Shown one piece after another: positions 1 through 10,186 of a stretch of 64,000 nt of DNA (position 1 is the first letter of the stretch; each line of letters begins with the position of its first letter). Origin of the DNA: an uncultured cyanobacterium (GTDB taxonomy: Bacteria; Cyanobacteriota; Cyanobacteriia; Phormidesmidales; Phormidesmidaceae); the NCBI GenBank assembly GCA_963793265.1, contig CAWBZI010000002.1, forward strand, positions 128,001-192,000. Reading direction: 5' to 3'. The translations under genes were made by a program, and so were the position numbers. The notes beneath the pieces were generated by a model. That model saw only the letters and a program-made list of their open reading frames with translations, had not been told where the DNA came from and did not search any database.

Positions 1-84
1 AGGTGGCTAGCTTTTCTTGTTCAATCATCTGTAATAATTTACGAGGAAGGTATTGAATAACGCTTGCTGCTAGCCAGTCACTAT

Positions 85-390
85 TCATAAAATGCTAGCC
101 CAGCCTATTGTGAATAGCACAGCGAGATTAGCTAGCCAAAAATAGAAGATCAGCTATAGTACGCCAGTTAACAGCTTGTTCTTTAGCAGCGGTCTTCGAG
201 CGGATTTTATGAGCTGTAGCCCCTGCCAAAGCTGCCAAACTCGAAAGGCTGTGTAGAGCGTGCCAATAGGAACCACCAGGCTAGGCATCCAATTCGTACT
301 AATGACTTGTTCAGTCACTATTTGAACGATCACAAGCAATAGGTAGAAGCCAAAGATTTTTCGCTTGTTGATATTGTTATGTATTTGCAT
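85..390 (-). pseudogene. Degenerate small membrane protein (internal TAG, probably 5'-truncated)
   Basis: The hydrophobic 78-aa ORF stops at TAG (154-156), but the frame continues as LIFYFWLANLAVLFTIGWASIL to TGA at 85-87, consistent with a TGG>TAG nonsense change. Confidence 0.45.
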
Positions 391-506
391 AGTTATATGG
401 AAAACGTGCGTATAGAGACTCTTCTCCTAGAGGGCAGTGGCATTTTAACAATTCGCTTATTACTCATTTATTGGCTACTCGTCTGGCTACTCATCTATGG
501 GTCGTC

Positions 507-591
507 GAAATTATGCGGCACTTTGAATAAAGGTATAAATTTAATGATTGAAGTCAGTATTATTGACTATTTGTTTCTTCTCTGATTAAGT
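507..591 (+). promoter_or_regulatory. Conserved upstream/promoter element, copy 1
   Basis: GAAATTATGC..GTATAAAT..N21..ATTGACTATTTGTTTCTTCTCTGATTAAGT; colinear with 29827-29910 (last 30 nt 28/30 identical); contains TTGACT -35-like box. Confidence 0.7.
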
Positions 592-638
592 TGATCCCAA
601 GCATCACACTTAGCCTCATAACCTTTCTCTCTCGCAAT

Positions 639-3362
639 ATGTCGATGCCTCAAAAAAATCTGCGATTGCGCCTTCTTAAGTTTTGCTCGCTAGCCTGCGC
701 CACTTGGCTGAGCGTATGCCTGTTTCACGGCTCAGCCGCTCGTGCCAATCCGCCCGCCACCTTGGCAGCTAGCCCAGCCATTTCACAACAAACCATTTCA
801 CAACAAACCATTTCACAAGCAGATCCAGCCTCGCTAGAGCAGCGGGGAAAAGCACGCTACGAAGCCGGTTACTTTACAGAAGCCGTTGAGCTTTTACAGC
901 AGGCCATTCAGACTTATCGGCAGCAGGGAGAAACGCTGCATCAGGCGATCGCACTTAGCAACCTAGCGCTTACCTACCAGCAGCTAGGCAACTGGCCGCA
1001 GGCCAACAACACCATTCAACAAAGCCTTATCCTCTTAGCTGATGCCGCTGGTCAGCCTGCAAATCGCTCGTCAGCGATCGCTCAAGCGCTAGACATTCAA
1101 GGTCAGCTGCAAATAAATCAGGGCCAGGCTGAACAAGCGTTGACGAGCTGGCAGCAGGCCGCTGACTATTACAAACAGATCAATGCCACCAGTCGCCTGA
1201 CCAAAAATCAAATAAACCAGAGCCGCGCGCTGCAAACCCTGGGGTTCTACCACCAGGCGCTGAGCTTGCTGAGTGAGCGATCGCAAGCATTAGCCGCTCA
1301 GCCAGGCTCTTTGAACAAAGCCGCAGAACTCCGCAGCTTAGGAGAAGGGTTGCAGGCCGTTGGAAACTTACAAGAAGCGGAGGCTCGGCTGCTAGAGAGC
1401 TTAGCGATTACTCAGCGACTAACTCACCTATCCGACCCCGGTCAGGCAGTCGAGGCGATCGCCCTGACGCAGCTTAGCTTAGGCAATACAGCACGCGCAC
1501 AGCAAAACACAGCCGCCGCACTTGACTGGTATCAGCAGGCAGCAGCGATCGCAAACTCAACGGCAACGCGGCTACAGTCCAACCTAAATCGTCTGAGCCT
1601 GCTCGTCGAGGCTGCTCAACCTGCTCAGGCTCAATCTGCTCAGGCCCAGTCTCTGATCCCTGAGGTTCAACAGCAGCTAGCAGCCCTCCCGCTTAGCCGA
1701 ACCGCCGTCTATGCGCGCATAAACTTAGCCAGCAGCCTCAGCAAAACAACAGATGTCTCGTCTTCTTTAGAAGCTGCCACACTGCTTTCTACCGCCGCTA
1801 AGCAAAGCGAACAGCTCGGCGACAGGCGGACTCAATCCTATGCAATAGGGCTGCTAGGGGGGCTTTACGAATCCACTCAGCAGTGGTCTGAAGCTGAAGA
1901 TTTAACGCGGCAAGCCCTACAGATAGCGACATCGGCTAACGCTGCTGATGTGACCTATTTATGGCAGTGGCAGCTAGGCCGTATTCTCAAGGCTCGCGCT
2001 GAGCCAGGTAGCGCTCAATCAGGAGATTTAGTAGAGAATAGAAAGGAGGCGATCGCTCTTTATACGCAGGCTATCAAAACGCTGCAATCTCTACGATTAG
2101 ACGTGGCCTCTATTAATTCAGATCAGAAGTTCTCCTTCAAAGAGAGCGTAGAACCTGCCTATAGAGAACAGATCGGGCTACTGCTTCATCCGATAGAAGG
2201 TGCGCCCAATCAAGCAGATTTGAGGGCCGCGCGAGATGCACTAGAGTCTTTGCAAACGGTTGAACTACAAAACTTCTTTCGCGAAGCCTGTCTGGACGTT
2301 CCTATCGCCATTGATCGCGTTGTAGAGCAAACCGAGGCGCTTTCTAAAAGCTCAAATAGCGCCCTTGCCGCCGTTGTTTATCCCATTGTTCTAGCCGACA
2401 GCTTTGAGGTTGTGCTGAAGCTGCCGAACCAAGATAAACTGCTTCACTACTCAACACCTATAGGGCAAAAAAGCGTAGAGAAAACGCTGCTTAAGCTGCG
2501 CGATCAAATCACTCAGCCTGATAGTCAACTGTCTGTTGAAGTGCTTTCTGAGCAGGTTTATGACTGGTTAGTTCGTCCTGCTGAACTAACCTTGCAGGAG
2601 AGTCATATTAGTACATTGGTCTTTGTCTTGGACGGTTTTTTAAAGAACATTCCTATGGCTGCGCTGTATGACGGCGATCGCTATCTGGTTGAAACCTACG
2701 GCATCGCGCTAACGCCCGGACTAGAGCTTGTCGATCCTAAACCGATGGAGCGAGAAAACATACAAATGCTGTTTGCCGGACTCAGTGAAGCCGTTGAAAA
2801 CTTTACGCCGCTCGTGGCTGTAGAACAAGAGCAAGCAGGGATTGCTGAAGAGATTTCAAAGACGACTGTTTTATTAAACGATTCGTTTACAGCTAAAGCC
2901 TTAGAGACTCAGGTTGAGCAAACGGCCTTTCAGGTTGTTCATTTAGCGACCCACGGCGAATTTAGCTCCGATCGCCAAAAAACCTTTATCCGCCTGCGCG
3001 ATCGCCGCATGACCACAGACGAACTCAGCCGCATTCTCAAAACCCGACAAACGCAGCCAAACCCGATTGAGCTATTAACGCTAAGCACCTGCGCAACCGC
3101 CGAAGGTGACGAAAGAGCCGCGCTTGGCTTAGCGGGCGTTGCCGTTCAGTCTGGGGCGCGCAGCACGCTTGCTTCTCTGTGGAGCATTGACGATCGCGCT
3201 AACGCTTTTTTGATGGTTGAGTTTTATCATCAGCTCATGCAAAACCCATCTTTCTCCAAATCCCAAGCCTTACGTCAGGCGCAGCTCAAGCTCGTCAACC
3301 ATCCCAACTACGCCCATCCTTCCTACTGGGCTCCTTACGTACTGCTAGGAAACTGGCTCTAA
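639..3362 (+). CDS. Secreted TPR-CHAT protease (HetF-like caspase superfamily)
   Basis: Signal-peptide-like N-terminus (..GSAARA), TPR repeats, CHAT with HLATHG and LSTCAT dyad, C-terminal HPSYWAPYVLLGNWL; ATG 639 preferred over TTG 591, which lies in the promoter element. Confidence 0.93.
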   Translation: MSMPQKNLRLRLLKFCSLACATWLSVCLFHGSAARANPPATLAASPAISQQTISQQTISQADPASLEQRGKARYEAGYFTEAVELLQQAIQTYRQQGETLHQAIALSNLALTYQQLGNWPQANNTIQQSLILLADAAGQPANRSSAIAQALDIQGQLQINQGQAEQALTSWQQAADYYKQINATSRLTKNQINQSRALQTLGFYHQALSLLSERSQALAAQPGSLNKAAELRSLGEGLQAVGNLQEAEARLLESLAITQRLTHLSDPGQAVEAIALTQLSLGNTARAQQNTAAALDWYQQAAAIANSTATRLQSNLNRLSLLVEAAQPAQAQSAQAQSLIPEVQQQLAALPLSRTAVYARINLASSLSKTTDVSSSLEAATLLSTAAKQSEQLGDRRTQSYAIGLLGGLYESTQQWSEAEDLTRQALQIATSANAADVTYLWQWQLGRILKARAEPGSAQSGDLVENRKEAIALYTQAIKTLQSLRLDVASINSDQKFSFKESVEPAYREQIGLLLHPIEGAPNQADLRAARDALESLQTVELQNFFREACLDVPIAIDRVVEQTEALSKSSNSALAAVVYPIVLADSFEVVLKLPNQDKLLHYSTPIGQKSVEKTLLKLRDQITQPDSQLSVEVLSEQVYDWLVRPAELTLQESHISTLVFVLDGFLKNIPMAALYDGDRYLVETYGIALTPGLELVDPKPMERENIQMLFAGLSEAVENFTPLVAVEQEQAGIAEEISKTTVLLNDSFTAKALETQVEQTAFQVVHLATHGEFSSDRQKTFIRLRDRRMTTDELSRILKTRQTQPNPIELLTLSTCATAEGDERAALGLAGVAVQSGARSTLASLWSIDDRANAFLMVEFYHQLMQNPSFSKSQALRQAQLKLVNHPNYAHPSYWAPYVLLGNWL
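778..818 (+). repeat. 15-bp in-frame tandem repeat (ISQQT)
   Basis: CAAACCATTTCACAA, about 2.7 copies. Confidence 0.85.
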
Positions 3363-3396
3363 TAGTCAGCTTTCTGATGGTGTCGCGGCTAACCCA

Positions 3397-3442
3397 TGAC
3401 AAATGTCATAGCTTCAATGCGAGTCATCTATGACATTTGCGA
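3397..3442. promoter_or_regulatory. TGACAAATGTCA operator-like palindrome upstream of caspase operon
   Basis: TGACAAATGTCA at 3397-3408 and TGACATTTGCGA at 3431-3442. Confidence 0.6.
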
Positions 3443-3634
3443 TGAATAAATGAGTGTTTGTCAAAATGCGGTTGCCAGTCAGTTTTTGTGCTTTATATTG
3501 AAAAGAGAACAGATTTCAAAAAGAGAATATTGCACCAGCAGAGAAAACACCGTAACTGCATCAGGGCTCATTCTCTTCACCTATACAGCATTGGAACCTA
3601 TCTGGGACTTATTCAAGTTCTTTAAGCATTCACC

Positions 3635-4222
3635 ATGACCCATCATCTCTATGCTCTACTGGTTGGTATTAATGAGTACGATAGGCGATCTGGCATCTCT
3701 TCACTACAGGGATGCACCAATGACGCCAACGCAATGAAAGCCTATCTGGAAGCTCGGGTTGCTAGCGACAAAACGCAGCTACATACCAAAATGCTGCTCA
3801 ATGAGCAGGCCACCCGGCAGGCAATTATTAATGGCTTTAGAGAGCATTTACAGCAGGCAAAAGCGGGCGATACCGTTCTCTTTTACTATGCAGGACACGG
3901 CTCTCAAGACAAAACACCAGAAGAGTTTTGGCCAACCACGCCTAGCAGACTTAATGAGACATTAGTATGCCACGATAGCCGCACGCCTGACGTTTGGGAT
4001 TTGGCAGATAAGGAACTCTCTAAGCTGATTGCAGAAGTGAGCCAGCAAAATCCTCATATTGCAATCGTGCTGGACTGTTGCCATTCAGGATCGGGGACTC
4101 GCAGTGATGAAAGAGCGGTGTTTAAAAGAGAACGACACCAATGGATCAGCGCGATCGCCCAGCTAGCAGCTTTTTGGTATCGGTTCAAGAATTGGAACAA
4201 ACGGAAAGAGAAAAATCCCTAA
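3635..4222 (+). CDS. Caspase-like C14 protease, p20-like catalytic half (frameshift-split from next ORF)
   Basis: ALLVGIN, GCTNDA, YAGHG (His), DCCHSGSGTR (Cys); similarity ends near 4130. Confidence 0.85.
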   Translation: MTHHLYALLVGINEYDRRSGISSLQGCTNDANAMKAYLEARVASDKTQLHTKMLLNEQATRQAIINGFREHLQQAKAGDTVLFYYAGHGSQDKTPEEFWPTTPSRLNETLVCHDSRTPDVWDLADKELSKLIAEVSQQNPHIAIVLDCCHSGSGTRSDERAVFKRERHQWISAIAQLAAFWYRFKNWNKRKEKNP

Positions 4223-7200
4223 CCTCTACACGCGCTCGTAGCCTCGATTTTTCAACAACAGGATGGCATTTGCCACAGGGGCGTCATGTGTTGATGGCAG
4301 CCTGTCGCGATGTTGAAGAGGCCAGTGAGTATCGTGCTCATGGAGAGCCCTGCGGCGCATTCTCCCACTTTTTGCTAGACACACTGCAAAGAACAGATAG
4401 CACACTGACTTACCGAGATCTTTTTAACGCAACCGCTGCTAAAACGCGAGCCAACGTATCAGCTCAGGCACCTCAGCTAGAAGCGCCCTATCTCGAAGAC
4501 CTTGAACAGCTTTTTTTAGGCGGACTGGTTGAGCCTTTCCCGCCTTACTTTACGCTCGCGTATTTGCCTGAACTCGGCTGGTGTGTTAACGGCGGCGCGC
4601 TGCATGGTGTTCAGCCACCGCTTAATAATGAAGCAACACAGCTAGCGCTGTTCTCTATCGAAGCTCAGCCAGAGAATCTCCATCGGTTAGAAGGTGCGAT
4701 CGCCAACGCTACCGTCACCGACGTACAGCCACACCTCAGCCAAATTACAACAGAGGCTGAGCTAGATACTGGCTTAACGTACAAAGCGATCATTACCTAC
4801 TTACCGGTGCCGCCGCTGAACGTTGTTTTAAAAGGAGATACCGAGCGCCTCGAAATACTTCGTCAGGCCATGCAAACGCCAACTGCCGCCTCTTCGAGCT
4901 ATCTCAAAGAAGTAACAGAGATTGCAGCAGCAAACATTTGCGTCACTGCTCATTCGTCGGGATATGTGATTGAACAATCGCAAGCGCAGTCAAGAGCGAT
5001 CGCAGTCGTTGAAGCGGCTGTTGAAAATGGGGCTCGGATCCTAGATAGTGCTGATAGTGTCGTTCGTTTGCTAGCGCATATTGCTCGATGGACAGGCGTT
5101 GCTGAGCTAGCGCCACCGCTAGGCAATCAGCTACCGGCTAACGCGGTAGAGCTTCAGATTTATGATGAAGATTGGCTTGTACAAGGCGAGCAGATACAGC
5201 TTGAATACGAACAGCACGCACAGCAGTCGCGTCCGCCAAGCTTTAGAGCCAAGCTGATTAATCATAGCGATCGCCCGCTCTACTGCGCGCTGCTCAACCT
5301 AACCGAAGAGTACTCAGTCAGCGCCCCTTTCTTTGGCAGTGGCGGCACCTGGTTGAACGCACATAGCGAAGTTTGGGTCACCGTTGCAGGCGCAACTCAG
5401 CTCAGCGACCTAATTCCGACCACGGTTCCTCAACGGCTATGGGAGCAGGGTGTAAGTGAATATCAAGATCGGCTGAAGCTGATTGCTAGCACAGCAGAGT
5501 TTGATCCCACTGTTCTGTTGCAAAACAAAATTGGTCAGGCTGAGGCGATCGCACAAAGAAGCATCGCTGTATCGAAAGACAATCTGTTTCGCCAGTTTGC
5601 CAGTCAGACAGCCAGTCAGACAGCCTCTCGTGATATTGGCATGGCCGAAGCGGTTGAGACTGTAGATCAGTGGATGACCAGTCAGCGGCTCATCACAACC
5701 AGACGACCGCAGCCGGACGTGCAAATATCGGCAGAAAATACTGTTTCTTTGGCAACAGCAGATGCGAGTAGAAGCATAGAACGGATCGCCATTCGCCCTC
5801 ATGCTCAGCTCAAAGCAAAAGCGAGACTTGTGAGTGCTGCTCAGACCACGCGAAATGCAAATGTTCCAGGCTTACCACCACTGCTTAGAGAACAGACTCA
5901 GCCTCTGGTGTTCGCCGCGCGTCGTAGCGTGTCATCTGCTCTAGACGCATTAGAACTCAGTGAAATCGATAGTGCAGATTCAGTAACGCCCAGCAATCCG
6001 CTGACGTTAATCATAGATGCACCGCTGGCACCAGGAGAATCTGTTCTGCCGGTTACCTACGATGGTGAATTCTTCGTGCCGCTAGGATATGGTCACCGCC
6101 GGGGCGACCAGCAAACTGAAGTTGTACTTCATCACCTTCCTGAACACGCTGCGCCAGCCGATTCTGACGAAAGCGGCAAGAGAGGGATTAGCAGCGCGCT
6201 CCAGATTGTTTTCAGAAAGATAGCGAGTCAGACGTTGGGTACAACGCTCAGTCAGAAGCTAGGCATTTTTTTTGAATATCCCATTCTGGCCTCTGTAGAA
6301 AAAGAGCATGGGCAAAATGATTTGCTTTATACCACTGATACTGATGCGATCGCAACGCTTGTCGCCAAAGCCGAGAACATCGCCATTTACATCCACGGCA
6401 TTACAGGTAATACAGAATATATGATGCCAAGCATTCAGACAGCTTGCATTGAGATGTCAGGCCAAGCTCGCCCCGTCAGTGACCTGTACGATCTGGTATT
6501 AACCTACAACTATGAGAGTCTCAATACCTCTATTGCTCAGAGTGCTGTTCAGCTCAAGCAAAAGCTAGCCGCTGTTGGCATTCTGCCTGGGCACAACAAA
6601 ACAGTTCACATCGTAGCGCACTCTATGGGCGGTCTTATTAGCCGCTGGTTTGTTGAACAAGAAGGCGGTAAAGAGATTGTTCAGCATCTGATAATGCTGG
6701 GCACACCCAACGCCGGATCGCCCTGGCCAGTTGTGCAAGCCGGACTCTTTAAGTCGCTTAGCTTTGCCCTCAATGGCCTGGCTACGGTGGCCTGGCCGCT
6801 GTCTCTTATTGGCGGCGTCCTAACAGCGCTCGAAGCAATCGATATTGCGCTAGATGAAATGGATCCTGGATCGGAGCTGCTAGCGCACTTGGCCGAAAGT
6901 GAACCGCCGATTCCCTACAGCATCGTAGCGGGTAATACTAGCCTGATACCAGTAGATGAAAAGGCCAAACTAAGAGATCGGCTCGCGCAAAAGCTGAACA
7001 AGCTCGCTGAGCTTCCTTTTTTGAAAGAAGACAATGACGTGGCAGTCTCTGTCAGCAGTATTCGACATGTGCCTGCGGGCAGACTCCACGCGCCCCAAGT
7101 TCGCGAGGTGGCCTGTAATCACATGGTTTACTTTATCGATCCGGCGGGGCTATCTGGGCTCAGTTGGGCCATCAATAGAGCCTTTGCGATGACCAAAAAA

Positions 7201-7224
7201 CAGCTTCAGAGTGCGACTCACTGA
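4141..7224 (+). CDS. Caspase p10-like region + linker domains + C-terminal alpha/beta-hydrolase (lipase-like)
   Basis: AACRD..GAFSHFL..QAPQLE (caspase C-terminal half); IHG, AHSMGG nucleophile elbow, GTPNAGS, NDVAV, CNH catalytic His. Confidence 0.82.
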   Translation: MDQRDRPASSFLVSVQELEQTEREKSLTSTRARSLDFSTTGWHLPQGRHVLMAACRDVEEASEYRAHGEPCGAFSHFLLDTLQRTDSTLTYRDLFNATAAKTRANVSAQAPQLEAPYLEDLEQLFLGGLVEPFPPYFTLAYLPELGWCVNGGALHGVQPPLNNEATQLALFSIEAQPENLHRLEGAIANATVTDVQPHLSQITTEAELDTGLTYKAIITYLPVPPLNVVLKGDTERLEILRQAMQTPTAASSSYLKEVTEIAAANICVTAHSSGYVIEQSQAQSRAIAVVEAAVENGARILDSADSVVRLLAHIARWTGVAELAPPLGNQLPANAVELQIYDEDWLVQGEQIQLEYEQHAQQSRPPSFRAKLINHSDRPLYCALLNLTEEYSVSAPFFGSGGTWLNAHSEVWVTVAGATQLSDLIPTTVPQRLWEQGVSEYQDRLKLIASTAEFDPTVLLQNKIGQAEAIAQRSIAVSKDNLFRQFASQTASQTASRDIGMAEAVETVDQWMTSQRLITTRRPQPDVQISAENTVSLATADASRSIERIAIRPHAQLKAKARLVSAAQTTRNANVPGLPPLLREQTQPLVFAARRSVSSALDALELSEIDSADSVTPSNPLTLIIDAPLAPGESVLPVTYDGEFFVPLGYGHRRGDQQTEVVLHHLPEHAAPADSDESGKRGISSALQIVFRKIASQTLGTTLSQKLGIFFEYPILASVEKEHGQNDLLYTTDTDAIATLVAKAENIAIYIHGITGNTEYMMPSIQTACIEMSGQARPVSDLYDLVLTYNYESLNTSIAQSAVQLKQKLAAVGILPGHNKTVHIVAHSMGGLISRWFVEQEGGKEIVQHLIMLGTPNAGSPWPVVQAGLFKSLSFALNGLATVAWPLSLIGGVLTALEAIDIALDEMDPGSELLAHLAESEPPIPYSIVAGNTSLIPVDEKAKLRDRLAQKLNKLAELPFLKEDNDVAVSVSSIRHVPAGRLHAPQVREVACNHMVYFIDPAGLSGLSWAINRAFAMTKKQLQSATH

Positions 7225-7295
7225 GCAGCGCTCAGATACAATCAGATACAACCTTTCCAACACACACGTTCAAACACACCAACACTCAAAACATC

Positions 7296-8042
7296 ATGAA
7301 ACTCATCACCACAGCCGACACCTATCTCAAAGCACAGCCTGCTGAGACTAACCAGCTTCAGTCTCAAAACAAACCAGAACTTCTTATTCCTATCAAGAAA
7401 GGAACAGCGTTAGAAGTTGCTGAACATTTCTTCTACGAAGGTAGCAGCGATACTCAAGCAGACAATCATATTTTCGTTCAGCTAGCTCAGCCATTTGCAG
7501 ATCAACAAAACCTGAGTTGGTTTGTAGAAAATCCTCATATCAGGATAGAAAGCTCCGAATTAAAAGACGAGCCCGCGCCAAAGCTAACTAGAGGCGTTGA
7601 CTACGGAAGCGATATTCATTTGCCCGGCATTAGCCGCCCGGTTGGCGTTAACGAGCCTATCTACCACGAGCCCAACCCTTCTCACTTTACCTGGAGTGAA
7701 CTGACAAAAGGCGGTACGCGAATTCCTGAAAACGATGCTATCACGCAGCGCATTGTCAGACTTTGCAAGTATATGGACGGGGTTCGAGAATTCTTGGGTA
7801 ACAAGCCGATTACGATAAATTCAGGCTATCGAGATCCTGATTCTAACTGGGCTGTACATGGAGCCTCTGATTCTCGGCACTTATATGGCGATGCCGTTGA
7901 CTTTTGGGTAGAAGGAATGGACGTAGAAGAGACTTTTCAACGGCTAAAAAGCTACCATCGCACAGGCGGGCTGGCTGTTGGCAACGGGTTTGTTCATTTA
8001 GACATGCGCCCTAGCGATAGATTGATAACGTGGAATTACTAG
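7296..8042 (+). CDS. Peptidase M15A (Zn D-Ala-D-Ala peptidase family) with N-terminal cyanobacterial SH3-like domain
   Basis: INSGYR, SRHLYGDAVD, FVHLD motifs; no signal peptide. Confidence 0.85.
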   Translation: MKLITTADTYLKAQPAETNQLQSQNKPELLIPIKKGTALEVAEHFFYEGSSDTQADNHIFVQLAQPFADQQNLSWFVENPHIRIESSELKDEPAPKLTRGVDYGSDIHLPGISRPVGVNEPIYHEPNPSHFTWSELTKGGTRIPENDAITQRIVRLCKYMDGVREFLGNKPITINSGYRDPDSNWAVHGASDSRHLYGDAVDFWVEGMDVEETFQRLKSYHRTGGLAVGNGFVHLDMRPSDRLITWNY

Positions 8043-8100
8043 AAACCTTAATTCTGCTAAATACTGACGGAAAATACAACATTTTTTGAAGGATAAAGAC

Positions 8101-9168
8101 ATGACGACAACACAAGTGCAACCAAGGGGTCTGCTAGAGGCTAAAAGCTGCTGGTTTGTGCCGTGGGCAGAACTTAGCGATCTAGACAATGCAGCTAGCC
8201 CAGATCATGGAAAGCTAAGAAAAGTTGATTCGGAACTCTCTGAAGCGGGTACTTTTCTTGAGGCGGGTAGCCCGTTTACGATTTCTCTAGAAGCCTTTGC
8301 CGTGCAGAACGCTCACGACAGTGATGGCACAAACGATCTTCTGGTCAGAACGTTTGTGCGCTATGGAGATGAGCCAAAAACAGAAACTATAAATTATTTC
8401 GGCACTGACATCGCTGCGGCATCCTTTGTAGACAATCTGGAATATGAGCATGTCTTCTCCAGGCGTGATTTTTCTGAAAATGTTCGGATATGGCTCTCGC
8501 TAGAAATTGCAGAAATCGATAAGGGACTAGCAAAAGACGACGTTGCTTCTGGCCTAGAAAAAATGCGCGCTCAGTTTGGGGCTGTTTTTTCCTCATTCAT
8601 TCCGTTTGCGACAGTCGCTGGGGTTGCGATGGATACAGTTTCAGGGCTCAAGAAGATTAGAGAATCTGCTAGCCAGAACAAAAAAATTCTCTCTAGTCAG
8701 ATAGATCTTTATGCAATGACTTTTAGCGGCGGAGATGCGCCGCTGCGCTGCGGTGCATACGTTTTCTTTAATGAGGACGTGCCAGGCGTTCAGTACCGTT
8801 TAGGCTCAGGATTTAAGCTCAAACGCGCTGCTATAAAGGATAAAGACGTGCCGATTCTGCATGACTACGCGGTGGTAAAAATTACGCCCGGCTTTATTGA
8901 CTCAGGCAAGAATCCTGAGGAGATACTGAAGAATCAGGAGCTGGCCAAAGTGCTAAGTTCCGAAGATGACGGTGCCAGCGCAGAGCAACGTTCCGATCAC
9001 TTTGACTTTTTGTCTGGGCTGATTGATAGCGCCAATAAGCTCAAAGATATTGATTACTACCGCGAAGTAACAACAGCCGCTAACACGTTCAACCGTCCGC
9101 TTACGCCCGCCCAAGAAAATAGGCTCGTTGAGATTAAAACGAGACTAGGCCAGTATCTTTCTGACTAA
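8101..9168 (+). CDS. Hypothetical protein with central hydrophobic/amphipathic segment
   Basis: Long ORF in operon, AAGGA upstream of ATG 8101; segment FGAVFSSFIPFATVAGVAM. Confidence 0.75.
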   Translation: MTTTQVQPRGLLEAKSCWFVPWAELSDLDNAASPDHGKLRKVDSELSEAGTFLEAGSPFTISLEAFAVQNAHDSDGTNDLLVRTFVRYGDEPKTETINYFGTDIAAASFVDNLEYEHVFSRRDFSENVRIWLSLEIAEIDKGLAKDDVASGLEKMRAQFGAVFSSFIPFATVAGVAMDTVSGLKKIRESASQNKKILSSQIDLYAMTFSGGDAPLRCGAYVFFNEDVPGVQYRLGSGFKLKRAAIKDKDVPILHDYAVVKITPGFIDSGKNPEEILKNQELAKVLSSEDDGASAEQRSDHFDFLSGLIDSANKLKDIDYYREVTTAANTFNRPLTPAQENRLVEIKTRLGQYLSD

Positions 9169-9205
9169 AAAGTTTCAGCAACAAAACTCTCTAGAGGTAA
9201 TTAAA

Positions 9206-10105
9206 GTGATTTCAAGCGACAAGTTAAGAGACGGTGCACAGGTAGGAAAAGTTGGAAATCAATCGTTTGAGCTAATGAGACAAAATATAGCGCAAGTGAA
9301 AAGCGGGTTGTCTAGGGGCGATCGCGCACCCTCTTTCTCAGATACGCTCAAGCTAACAACACCTTTTATGCAGGGTGAAACGGTAAAGGCGCTGCAGTAC
9401 AATCTGTCAGACCTGAGCTTTGCAGCCCATGCAGACGGTACGTTTGGGCCATCGACCGAGGCCGCCGTTAAAGCTTTTCAACAGTCTCACGGACTGACGG
9501 CTGATGGCGTTGCAGGCCAGATCACCCTGACAAAAATTCGCGAGGTGAAGCGACAGGCCGTGACCAGTTCGGCCATGCCCGCTCACATGATGGATAGCGG
9601 CATGGTGTCTGACTGGGCAGGCGGCGATAAGCTTGCTGCGGTTGAGGCGATTAAACGAGAGGCCAGACGACAGAAGATTTCGGAGCGATCGCACATAGCC
9701 TACATCTTAGCCACTGTCGATCACGAAACAAACGGATCGTTTCAGCCAGTAGAGGAGGGCTACTATCTAGGAGCCAATGCAGAGGCTCATCGTCAAACGC
9801 TGGACTATTATCCTTACTACGGTCGAGGCTATGTGCAGATTACCTGGGCCGAGAACTATCACAAATACTCGAAGCTAACAGGTTTAGACTTGCTCAATCA
9901 GCCAGAGTGGATGCTGCGGCCAGACGTTTCTCTCTTTGTTTTGATAGATGGGATGAAGCGAGGCGTGTTCACAGGCAGGCGGCTGGATGACTTTACTACG
10001 GGTAGCCGTTTTGATTTTGTCGAAGCTCGTAGGATCATTAACGGTAAAGACAGGGCCGAAGAGATAGCGAGCCTGGCCGATAGCTGGCTGTCTGGAACTG
10101 CCTGA
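9206..10105 (+). CDS. Peptidoglycan-binding domain + GH19/lysozyme-like (endolysin-type) hydrolase
   Basis: DGTFGPST..AVKAFQ..GLTADGVAG (PG_binding_1); YILATVDHET, YYGRGYVQITW.ENY, ARRIING.DRA. Confidence 0.85.
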   Translation: MISSDKLRDGAQVGKVGNQSFELMRQNIAQVKSGLSRGDRAPSFSDTLKLTTPFMQGETVKALQYNLSDLSFAAHADGTFGPSTEAAVKAFQQSHGLTADGVAGQITLTKIREVKRQAVTSSAMPAHMMDSGMVSDWAGGDKLAAVEAIKREARRQKISERSHIAYILATVDHETNGSFQPVEEGYYLGANAEAHRQTLDYYPYYGRGYVQITWAENYHKYSKLTGLDLLNQPEWMLRPDVSLFVLIDGMKRGVFTGRRLDDFTTGSRFDFVEARRIINGKDRAEEIASLADSWLSGTA

Positions 10106-10128
10106 GCTGCTGCTGTACGCTATTGAAT

Positions 10129-10157
10129 AGTCGCTGTTGTTAAACGGCAGCGACTTT
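10129..10157 (+). terminator. Intercistronic stem-loop / possible terminator
   Basis: AGTCGCTGTTGT-TAA-ACGGCAGCGACT followed by TT. Confidence 0.5.
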
Positions 10158-10186
10158 ATGCATTTACCTTCTGCGTATCTACTACT

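Noticed and set aside
379..585. 68-aa plus-strand ORF
   Set aside because: Overlies the conserved promoter element; no family features
4115..4145. Programmed -1 ribosomal frameshift at TTTAAAA
   Set aside because: The heptamer is not in the required X XXY YYZ phase (zero frame reads TTT AAA AGA) and the -1 frame has TAA at 4123; a simple indel is more likely
8101..9168. Bacterial gasdermin next to caspases
   Set aside because: No recognisable gasdermin motifs or N-terminal pattern by eye; needs a structure search
7296..10105. Prophage lysis module
   Set aside because: No structural, integrase or replication genes nearby
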